Below, piece after piece: positions 1 through 8,386 of a stretch of 32,000 nucleotides of DNA. The notes beneath the pieces were generated by a model, which was given only the letters and a program-made list of their open reading frames with translations, did no database searches and was not told where the DNA came from. The stretch comes from Candidatus Brocadia sp. (GTDB lineage: Bacteria; Planctomycetota; Brocadiia; Brocadiales; Brocadiaceae), in the NCBI GenBank assembly GCA_021650915.1, contig CP091279.1, forward strand, positions 1 through 32,000. Reading direction: 5' to 3'. The translations under genes and the position numbers were made by a program. Within the stretch, counting starts at the first letter, position 1. Every line of letters starts with the position of its first letter.

Positions 1-2062
1 TCGAAAATGAAAGCGAAGTAGTTAATCTAAGAAGAAATGGAAAGAACCTGACACGTAAAAAAGAAAAGGAATAAACTGGCTTTTTCAAAATGGTTCTTGT
101 ATAATAGATTCATGAACCATGAAGAGACACGAAAAAGCGTAGTACCATCGGGCGGTCTTCACGGCATTGAAGTAAGACCCATCCGTCGGGAAGAACGAAC
201 CCGATGGGACGAACTCATGCGCCAATACCATTATCTTGGGCTTCACTCTCTGATCGGGGAAAGCATCCGGTATCTGGCGATACACCAGGGACAATGGCTT
301 GCCTTGATCGGATGGTCAGCAGCGGCGCTCAAATGCAAGGTACGAGACCGCTGGATAGGATGGCCTTGCTTTCTTCAGTACCGGCGGTTGTCTTTTGTTG
401 CCAATAACAGTCGTTTCCTGATCTTCCCTCATGTCCGTATACCCAACCTTGCCTCTTATGTCCTCGCCCGGAATCTCAAACGATTATCCCAAGACTGGCA
501 AACCATCTATAACCATCCGATCTATCTTGCAGAGACCTTTGTCGATCCGCGCTCTTTCAAGGGCACCTGTTACAAGGCCCAGGGCTGGGAGTTTCTGGGA
601 TATACCCGCGGGTTTGCAAAATGCGCTCACCGGTATTATTCCCACAACCAACCCAAGATGGTCTTTGTTCGTCCTGTTCTTCCCGATGGGAAAAGAAAAC
701 TCTCTGAACCGTATCTCGAAACCCGAAACACCCCAAAGGAGGTAAAACCGATGCGCCTTTCTCTGAAAGATGCTGAATCACTGAAAGAACGATTATCCCA
801 GATTCCTGATCCCCGTCTATCACGCGGCAAACGACACAGAAAGCTTTCCGTCATGACCATTTCTCTTTGCGCCCTTCTGTGTTCTGCCACAAGCTTTGCC
901 GCTATCGCTGAGTGGGCAAAATCATGCAGTCAAAATATGCTCAAACGTCTCGGCTGTCGTCTGAACCCAAAGACCGGCATCTATGAACCTCCCAGCGAAC
1001 CTACCATCCGCAGGTTCCTGCAAGACGTTGATGCCGAAGCGGTAGATACGGCCCTCTACGGCTGGCTTCAGTCCCTTGCCGGAGAAGATACTGCCCTTGC
1101 CATTGACGGGAAGACCCTCAAGGGCGCATACCAGGAAAACGGGCAGAAAATTCATCTCCTCTCTGCCTTTCTCCAGCAAAAAGGCGTCGTTATCGCCCAA
1201 TGTCCCGTTGACCAGAAAACCAACGAAATCCCAACGCTGAAAACCCTCCTTGACCCCTTAGACATCAAGGACAAGGTGGTCACTCTCGATGCCCTGCATA
1301 CCCAAAAAGAGACGGCGCGGTATCTCGTTGAAGACAAGAAAGCCGATTACCTCTTTACCGTAAAAGACAACCAACCCACTCTCAGACAACATATCGAAGA
1401 CCTCCGCCTGGTCTCTTTTCCCCCCCTCAGCACAAAACCATCGACAAACATCACGGACGCATTGAAATCCGCCAGGTCTGGACCAGCGCCGATTTAAACC
1501 ATTACCTTGCATTCCCCTTGGTTGGACAGGTCTTTTGTATCCACAGAAAATTTACCTACCTCAAATCCCAAAAAACAACCGAAGAAACGGTCTATGGCAT
1601 TACCAGCCTTACGCAACAAAAGGCAGACCCTGCCCGCATACTCCGCTTGAACCGGGGACATTGGAGTATTGAAAACAGCCTCCATTACGTTCGTGATGTC
1701 ACCTTTGATGAAGACCGCTCCCCGATTCGAACAAACCATGCACCCAAGGTTATGGCCTCCCTCAAAAATTGCATCATCAGCATCTTTCGCTCACTGGGGA
1801 GAACCGCTATCGCACAAACTCTTAGAAATTTAACCTACCAACCTCACCTTGCCCTGAAACTCCTTCGCTTATAACGTCTCTTTCTTCCCCTTCCCCCCTT
1901 ATTTCCCATGCCCTTCGAGGCGCATGGGGATTCCCTTGTCTTTTATGCCTTTTTTTGTCATCTTTTCGTGTCTTTGCTCGTTTTTCCCTCTTCAAACCCC
2001 TTCTTTCCCTTGCCTTGCCACTCTCTCTTTTTTTGATCATCATGACTTTGACGTTACCCTGG
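1..2062 (+). mobile_element. ISAs1-family insertion sequence; left end lies outside the window
   Basis: Transposase ORFs 97..1497 and 1518..1874. Right end appears to be ...CTTTGACGTTACCCTG at about 2060, directly followed by sequence identical to the interior of another IS. Confidence 0.75.
97..1874 (+). pseudogene. ISAs1-family transposase with N-terminal DUF4338/DruA-like domain, frameshifted at a C7 run
   Basis: N-terminal about 210 aa (LMRQYHYLGLHSLIGESIRYLAI...FVDPRSFKGTCYKAQGWEFLGYTRGF) resembles DUF4338/DruA. The following part (IPDPRLSRGKRHRKLSVMTI...AIDGKTLKGA...KDNQPTL) and ORF 1518..1874 (RGHWSIENSLHYVRDVTFDEDRS) are typical of ISAs1 DDE transposase. Frame change maps near CCCCCCC at 1420-1426. 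Confidence 0.8.
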
Positions 2063-2712
2063 GGGTTTCATCGTGGACCATGTGGTAGGAGAAAAACAGG
2101 CGGATGTATCGTTGGTAATTCCATTGGCAGATAGGTTGTTGAGCCGTTACGGAGAAGGCACAATAAAGAGTATAAGTTTTGATAAAGGTTTTTACAAGAA
2201 AGAGAATAAAGAGTTGCTGAGTTTGTATATACCAGAGGTAATCCTTCCCAAGAAGGGCAAGAAGAATAAGGCGGAACAGGAAGAGGAATCGGGTAAGACA
2301 TTTAAGAAGCTAAGGCACAAGCACTCGGCGGTAGAATCGGATATCAATCGTTTGGAGCATCACGGCTTGGATAGGTGTCCGGACAAAGGGCTGCATGCCT
2401 TTAAAAGATATTGTGCAATGGGCGTGTTAGCTGCGAATTTGCACAAGCTGGGAAACGTGCTGCAGGAGAAGGCACGGAAGCAGTGCGAAAAGTTGCGAAA
2501 AGCCGCCTAAGCAAGCAAAAAACACGAAGAAAAACAGTCTGCCGGGAGGCAGGTACGCCCAGACAAGGCTAAAATAAAGGGGAAAACAAGGGAAATATGT
2601 AAAAGAACAGTATTTTTGCCAAAAACCCTAATCTCAAATCTTAAAATTATCTATTGGTAAATAGAAAATCGACCTCGCACTTTTACAAAAAGTGCGTTTT
2701 CGTTCAGACACT
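2062..2712 (+). mobile_element. Truncated 3' part of the 1.85-kb IS (same element as 17631-19482 and 29184-31034)
   Basis: Encodes DHVVGEKQADVSLV...KLRKAA, identical to the C-terminus of ORF 29369..30832, and continues through the same 3' noncoding region to GTTCAGACACT. Confidence 0.9.
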
Positions 2713-3065
2713 AAGTACGAATTATATATTGTGGACAATTATAGTTATATAGCGCTGCAAAACAGCATTTATATGTTTCGTTATTAATATGTCTGTACAC
2801 TAGAAAATTGTTAGGAAGATTGTTGTTGGGGGCGAAGCGTCCACGTTTTTAAAATTGCTTCTGGTTGAAGTCCCTGCAACAGTGACATGCACTGATTTTT
2901 CGCCGGTTTAATTGTCCACGACTGAACCAAAACGTTTGGTGTTTTTTAGGAGTAGCGTTTGTTCAGAACGTAGCGTAAAGGTGAAACATCTGGTTCAAAC
3001 TATAAGTTTGAACTAACAGGGAACTGTAAATTTGAATCAGCGTGGGGTGCTGTCTGCGGATAACG

Positions 3066-4370
3066 CTAGTGTTTTTTTGTGCTCAGTAAGCGGTATTGGC
3101 CGTCCGTGAAACCGTATATGCCAATAACACGTGGGGTTCCGGGGTCTCTGAAGGACACGGCAAATTTCAGGCGCTGATAGCCAACGATTGCGGGCGTGGG
3201 TTCTACTTCTGCGTAGGTGAGATGCGCCTTGTGCTCAAGGCTCAGGATATTCCATTGAGTCCCCTTTTGATCAGGAAATTCCGCCTCTGCTAGTCGGACG
3301 ATATTTTCCTTCAAAAATGCCTCCCTTTGCGCCGGCGTACTTTCCTCACTGATCACTACCGCTTCCTGCTTTGGCGGTATGTCTTCCTGGCTTGCCGCAC
3401 TCATCTCTCCTGTTTCATCAGGGTTCTCCGGAGAACCCGCTGTATCCGTTTGATCATCAACGGCTGTGGTTCCTGTCGATTCCTGCGCTGGCGGTGTAAC
3501 GGCAGTCAGCGTTTCGTTTGTTTGCGGCATTTCCTGAATACCCTCCTGCATGGCCGCATCCGGCGACTTTTCCGTTTCTTCTGCACCCGTCCTGGACCCT
3601 TCTTCCATCGTCTTGTCGGCTTCTATTGCTATGGTGTCCATTATTCCGCCCGGCATGGACGCCATGGTCTGCCCAACGTCGACCTTCCACTGTCCGTCTT
3701 CCTCTACGAGAACGGTCTGCATCCGGGTTTCAGCCATGGTTGTCCCGCGTTGCGCTTGCACGACGGTTGGAATGGTCGCCTTGTTCTCTTTTACCTTGGC
3801 TTCACCAAAGGTTATCGTGTGGTTGGCAAGGGCGCCGTCTATGGTCAATAACCGGTTCCCGCTCTCTTTTGTGGAAAACAGCCTTACCGATTGAATATCG
3901 TTGGTATTTATTGTATTCCAGAATTGCCGGGCAACAGCCAGCGGGCCGCCGGTATTTTCTGTAATCTGAACATCGGATGTCTGGGCAAGAGAGGGTTCAC
4001 TGTCGGAAACGACTACGTTGGTTACTACGGAGGTATTTTTTTGTGTTGGGGCAATCTCCGGAACGGTTACCGGCAGATGAAGCCTGTTGATCTGATCAGT
4101 CAAATCCCGTATCATTGCTTCTAATCCATCAATCTTTTGTTGCATGATGGTGTTGTATGTCTTGGTTATCTCCACTTCATTGTGGAGCATATTTGCGTCA
4201 GATACCACAAGGTTCATTTTACCGGCTAAATCATCGATCCTTCCTTCCAGCGACCCGTTGTCGACCCGATGCTCCGTTTTTGTCCACCGGTGAATAAGGT
4301 TAGAACAGCCAAAAAGAGACAATATCAGGAAGCAAACGCCGGGTAATATGCAGGTTCTTTTGTTAAGCAA
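3066..4370 (-). CDS. Putative lipoprotein, function unknown
   Basis: 434-aa ORF with signal peptide and lipobox (ILSLFGC), acidic low-complexity middle and coiled-coil-like N-terminal segment. Confidence 0.75.
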   Translation of the reverse strand: MLNKRTCILPGVCFLILSLFGCSNLIHRWTKTEHRVDNGSLEGRIDDLAGKMNLVVSDANMLHNEVEITKTYNTIMQQKIDGLEAMIRDLTDQINRLHLPVTVPEIAPTQKNTSVVTNVVVSDSEPSLAQTSDVQITENTGGPLAVARQFWNTINTNDIQSVRLFSTKESGNRLLTIDGALANHTITFGEAKVKENKATIPTVVQAQRGTTMAETRMQTVLVEEDGQWKVDVGQTMASMPGGIMDTIAIEADKTMEEGSRTGAEETEKSPDAAMQEGIQEMPQTNETLTAVTPPAQESTGTTAVDDQTDTAGSPENPDETGEMSAASQEDIPPKQEAVVISEESTPAQREAFLKENIVRLAEAEFPDQKGTQWNILSLEHKAHLTYAEVEPTPAIVGYQRLKFAVSFRDPGTPRVIGIYGFTDGQYRLLSTKKH

Positions 4371-4723
4371 GCAATACCTCCCTTTCCTGTTCCGATTTAC
4401 GCAGGTTTCTTAAAAGAATTTTGTAAGAGTTCCGTATGAGATGAATCTTCTGTGCTTAAAAGCCACCGTCAAAGGCCTGATTAAATCAGGAAAACGATGG
4501 GAATTATGGTCAGTTACTATGCAAGCATAATAACTGTTTCCCTATCCATGTCAATAATTTTGTCTTTTATGCAGGTTGAAATTTTGTAGAGCGTTAGCTT
4601 TTAAAAATACGAATAGTTTGTCCTGTTTTTACAACAGGGTTGCAGAGGCAATTCATGCATGACCTCTACCGCTTACCGGTGTTGTAATTGTCAGAATTTT
4701 TTAAAAAGCTGAGGTGTCACAAA

Positions 4724-4855
4724 ATGTCTTTGCATGACGCCAGGACTACCAACAGAAAAAGCCACCCGGATTACGAGCGGCTTTTCGATATCGTGTTTGC
4801 GGTAAAGATGAAACGGTATTTATCTGCCGTCCAAAAGCTGAACGCAGGCGGTTAA
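4724..4855 (+). CDS. Possible small protein (43 aa)
   Basis: ATG...TAA encoding MSLHDARTTNRKSHPDYERLFDIVFAVKMKRYLSAVQKLNAGG, preceded by GAGG about 9 nt upstream. Below the supplied ORF length threshold. Confidence 0.25.
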   Translation: MSLHDARTTNRKSHPDYERLFDIVFAVKMKRYLSAVQKLNAGG

Positions 4856-5003
4856 GCGTGGCAAGATTTATTTGTACCTTCCTACCCTTCGTCCCTTGCA
4901 TCCCATCTTTCCGTGATTCGCGCGTTTGCTGCGCCATGTTAATCTTTGTCTTCTCTTGTCTCTCATGATTAATTACCCCTATTGTAATGAATTAATTTGA
5001 ATT

Positions 5004-5056
5004 AGGCCTTCGGCGACCTTCTCAAGGCAGAGCGACGAGCCTCGTCGCCCTACAAC
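5004..5056 (+). repeat. Dispersed palindromic repeat, copy 1
   Basis: AGGCCTTCGGCGACCTTCTCAAGGCAGAGCGACGAGCCTCGTCGCCCTACAAC. Confidence 0.7.
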
Positions 5057-5093
5057 CGAAGCTTTTAGAGCCTATGCGTCAGAGTACCTTTGT

Positions 5094-5309
5094 TTACTGT
5101 TTGGCGACGTCCTTCTCTGTATCTATCTTCTTCTGCGCAGATTTGCTGCTTGCGTCCTCGACATCATCTTCGACTCCCTTAACGCCTTTCTTGAACTCAA
5201 CGATGCCGCGTCCCAGGGATTTCATTACCTCAGGGAGTCTTTTGCCAAAGATCAGAAGCGCCACAATCAGAATGATAAGCCATTCCCAACCGCCCGGCAT
5301 ACTGAACAT
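5094..5309 (-). CDS. tatA: Sec-independent protein translocase TatA/TatE family
   Basis: MFSMPGGWEWLIILIVALLIFGKRLPEVMKSLGRGIVEFKKGVKG: single TM plus amphipathic helix with the FGxxxLPExxxxLGrgxxxFKkg signature. Confidence 0.95.
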   Translation of the reverse strand: MFSMPGGWEWLIILIVALLIFGKRLPEVMKSLGRGIVEFKKGVKGVEDDVEDASSKSAQKKIDTEKDVAKQ

Positions 5310-5440
5310 GTTTGTGCCTCCTTATATAAAATTCTACAAATAAGCAAATTATATCACCGGGCCATTGAAAATCAATGAATTTGTTTTGGAAAAGACATTT
5401 CCGGTGTTGGCGGTTCATGGCGTGTGTTTCACAATTGCCG

Positions 5441-6445
5441 TCAGTTGCTGGCGTGCCGGTACGGTCTTATTTCCCGCAGCGAGGATACCAGCCGTGATAT
5501 GTCCTCAGGCAGATCTGCCTGGAATTCCATTTTCCTGTTCTCGATGGGATGATAAAACTCGATCCGGTGCGCATGAAGGGCCTGTCTCTCGATAATGGGA
5601 GATTCCCCGGTTTCCCGTTCCTTCCCCAGCAGGTCGGAGAGATAGCAGGATTCATGGTCGCTGTACATAAAGTCGGCAACAACGGGATGCCCGATTGACC
5701 GCATATGCACGCGGATCTGGTGTGTTCGTCCCGTTTTTGGCATGATTTTTACCAGGGTATAGCCGCGAAACCGTTCTATCACCTCATAGACAGACACCGC
5801 CTCCTTGCCTGTGTCACGCCTGACCGCCATCTTTTGCCGGACGTTCTTGTGTCGTCCAATGGGTAAATAAATCTCGTCGGAATCAAACGCCATCTCGCCC
5901 TCCACGACGGCAAGATATTCCTTTCTGATGTGCCTTTTTTCAAATTGCATGGCAATGTGGGAATGGACGGCGTCACTTTTGATAACCAGCATAATCCCGC
6001 TGGTATCCCTGTCCAGCCGGTGCACGATCCCTGCCTTTAACGGTCCGTTGACCTGGGAGAGGTTTTGGCAATGGAAGGCGACGGCGTTGACCAGTGTCCC
6101 CGACGGATGGCCGCCTGCAGGATGGATAACCATGTCGTACGGCTTATTAATCAGCATTAAATAATCGTCTTCGTAGACGATGCACAAGGGGATATCTTCG
6201 GGGACGATCCTGCTTTCTTCAAGCACCGGCACATGGACGGAAATGCGGTCCCCCTTCTGAATATCGTAACTGCTCTTGACCATGCGTCCATTGACCAGCA
6301 CGGTCCCTTCTTTTATCAGCTTTTGAAGAAAAGTCCTTGAATAATCGGGGAGGCGTGCAGCGAGGTACCGATCGATCCGTTTGTCGTCAAATCCCTTCTT
6401 TATATCAAACGTTACTTCTTTTAGTTGCGGAGCAGCCTGTCGCAT
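5441..6445 (-). CDS. RluA/RluD-family pseudouridine synthase with N-terminal S4 domain
   Basis: S4-like RIDRYLAARLPDYSRTFLQKLIKEGTVLVNG, catalytic GIVHRLDRDTSGIMLVIK and KTGRTHQIRVHMRSIGHPVVAD motifs. Internal ATG at 6445 avoids most of the overlap with the upstream gene. Confidence 0.92.
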   Translation of the reverse strand: MRQAAPQLKEVTFDIKKGFDDKRIDRYLAARLPDYSRTFLQKLIKEGTVLVNGRMVKSSYDIQKGDRISVHVPVLEESRIVPEDIPLCIVYEDDYLMLINKPYDMVIHPAGGHPSGTLVNAVAFHCQNLSQVNGPLKAGIVHRLDRDTSGIMLVIKSDAVHSHIAMQFEKRHIRKEYLAVVEGEMAFDSDEIYLPIGRHKNVRQKMAVRRDTGKEAVSVYEVIERFRGYTLVKIMPKTGRTHQIRVHMRSIGHPVVADFMYSDHESCYLSDLLGKERETGESPIIERQALHAHRIEFYHPIENRKMEFQADLPEDISRLVSSLREIRPYRHASN

Positions 6446-6446
6446 A

Positions 6447-7097
6447 TTATCGAATTGCCGACAAGCGGTATTGTGCCATACTTGCCCAGTTGCTCTTTGG
6501 AGAGAGTTCAATGGTCTTCGAATATGAGCGGATGGCGTCGCTCGTCAGACCCAGCTTTTCATAACAACGCCCTGCATCCCAGTTTCCCTGCGCCACGAGA
6601 AAATTTTGCCCGTGTGTTGAAAGATACTCAAACTGCTGAACGGCCTCCTGGAAGAGCCCTTTTTCTTCGTAGGCATATCCCAGAGACTGTCTTACGATGG
6701 GGGCAAGGGAATGACCGCTGTGGCGGGCTAAAAAATCCTGATACGCACGGATAGCCTCATCGTAATTTTTCAGACGATAATAGACATTTCCCAGTTGAAA
6801 TACGACCCACGGCACAGCGCTGGAGGATGACAAATTGTCTCTCATGTATTTGAACGCCTCGGCCGTTGTGCCTAATGCCGCGGTTTTCTCCTTTTCCCCT
6901 TTTCCCTGCTGCACTGCCGTCGCCAGGTCATTATTGATCCTCCAGAAATTTTTCCAGGCGAAGTCATCCTTTTTTGCCTTTTGGATAACGAAAAAAGCAG
7001 ATCCGCCGCCTGCGGCAATGGCAATACCAACACCAATTGCAATATAGATTTTGTATTTATTCAGTCTTTTTAATACGGTGAGCGCGGTTTCTTTCAT
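6447..7097 (-). CDS. Membrane-anchored tetratricopeptide repeat protein
   Basis: N-terminal TM segment (IYIAIGVGIAIAAGGGSAFFV) followed by TPR units (FQLGNVYYRLKNYDEAIRAYQDFLARHSG, WDAGRCYEKLGLTSDAIRSYSKTIELSP). Confidence 0.85.
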   Translation of the reverse strand: MKETALTVLKRLNKYKIYIAIGVGIAIAAGGGSAFFVIQKAKKDDFAWKNFWRINNDLATAVQQGKGEKEKTAALGTTAEAFKYMRDNLSSSSAVPWVVFQLGNVYYRLKNYDEAIRAYQDFLARHSGHSLAPIVRQSLGYAYEEKGLFQEAVQQFEYLSTHGQNFLVAQGNWDAGRCYEKLGLTSDAIRSYSKTIELSPKSNWASMAQYRLSAIR

Positions 7098-7165
7098 GTT
7101 CGTTCCTTTTTTAAATGGATGTATCAGAATTTCAAATGGGTAATTTCCCCTTTAGAAAGAGGGGA

Positions 7166-7221
7166 GTTGTAGGGCGACGAGTCTCGTCGCTCTACATTGA
7201 GCAGGTCGCCAAAGGCGGCCT
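7166..7221 (-). repeat. Dispersed palindromic repeat, copy 2 (opposite orientation)
   Basis: Minus strand reads AGGCCGCCTTTGGCGACCTGCTCAATGTAGAGCGACGAGACTCGTCGCCCTACAAC. Confidence 0.7.
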
Positions 7222-7234
7222 GATTCGACGGCAT

Positions 7235-7876
7235 TTATAGACCAACCAAAGATGCTGCATCCTGAAACATTTCCTGAATATCCTTCTCCTCCAGACCTGC
7301 CCCGCGTGCGATGGATTCAGCCCGGCTTCGGTCCAGCAAATCATCAGGCGTATGGGAATCTGAACCAAAGACGAGTTTTGCGCCGGTCTTCTTTGCTATC
7401 ATGGCGACATGACCATTCGCATAGGCATGTCCCTTTCTGCCGGAAATTTCCAGTCGCACCCCCTTCTCTCTGGCAAGCTGCGCATCGCTTTCTGAGATTA
7501 TGCCCGGATGCACCAGGATATCGGCTCCGGCCTCAATAGCCGCCCGGTTTGTTCCCGGAAGCACGGGCTCCGTAATCGTTTCGCCGTGCACCAGCACAAG
7601 ATGTGCGCCCAGTTCTCTTGCCCGTTTCACCATCGCCTTTATATGCTCCGGGCGGAGGTGGGTTAATTCTGCCCCCCCAAACACCTTCAACTTTGAAACA
7701 GGAGCTATTTCCCTGCATGCCTTTAAAACATTGGGTATGACCATATCGATATTTGAGTAATCGACGTGGTCTGTTATTACCAGCCCGCGAAAACCCTTTG
7801 CCTCACAACGCCGGATTAATTCCGCCGGCAAGAGCACCCCGTCAGAAAATAAGGTATGCGTGTGCAAGTCGATCAT
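7235..7876 (-). CDS. PHP-domain / histidinol-phosphatase-like metal-dependent hydrolase
   Basis: MIDLHTHTLFSDG, ITDHVDYSN, VHGETITEPV, DILVHPG and FGSDSHTPDD motifs. Confidence 0.88.
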   Translation of the reverse strand: MIDLHTHTLFSDGVLLPAELIRRCEAKGFRGLVITDHVDYSNIDMVIPNVLKACREIAPVSKLKVFGGAELTHLRPEHIKAMVKRARELGAHLVLVHGETITEPVLPGTNRAAIEAGADILVHPGIISESDAQLAREKGVRLEISGRKGHAYANGHVAMIAKKTGAKLVFGSDSHTPDDLLDRSRAESIARGAGLEEKDIQEMFQDAASLVGL

Positions 7877-7904
7877 AAGCAGAAATACCGAGAAAAAAAT
7901 TAAT

Positions 7905-7977
<73 letters not shown>

Positions 7978-8198
7978 ATGTGATCAATGCAATCGTATTC
8001 CAAAACAAAGGTGCACGTGTACAAGGAATACGTCAAAATCGTTAAAAAACTAAATTATAGCCTCAGGATGAAAAAAATCAACATCATTCCACGCCCAGAA
8101 TTCAATTGAAGTGGAGAAAACTTCGTATTACAATGCAGCCGTTTTCACCGATGATGTGAAGCGCTTTGTCAGATACGATTTGCGAAATCCCTTATCCC

Positions 8199-8292
8199 AT
8201 AACGCAGCACAGTCGCAACCAAAAAAGTTCAACCACAAAGAGCACAAAGAAAACATCACAGAAAAAAGAAGTTTTTGTAGAGTAATACTATA
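8199..8292 (+). repeat. Modular repeat copy A (short form)
   Basis: Starts ATAACGCAGCACAGTCGCAACC and ends GAAAAAAGAAGTTTTTGTAGAGTAATACTATA. The interior is AACCACAAAGAGCACAAAGAAAAC. Confidence 0.75.
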
Positions 8293-8386
8293 GAGCCTGC
8301 GCATAAACTAACCCGACTTTCGCAATTCGAGGGGTATGCAACCCGCTAAGCCAGTAAAATCAAGGGGTCATGTAAAAAGGTCGGCA

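Noticed and set aside
97-1874. A Druantia defence locus
   Set aside because: Only a DruA-like domain is seen, fused to a transposase. No DruB-E-like proteins or large helicase occur in the window, so a defence system is not supported.
3327-3964. Plus-strand ORFs of 114-174 aa
   Set aside because: Antisense to a better-supported lipoprotein gene with signal peptide; compositionally biased.
4746-4937. 63-aa minus ORF
   Set aside because: No recognisable domain or clear ribosome binding site; overlaps a more plausible small plus-strand ORF that is itself weak.
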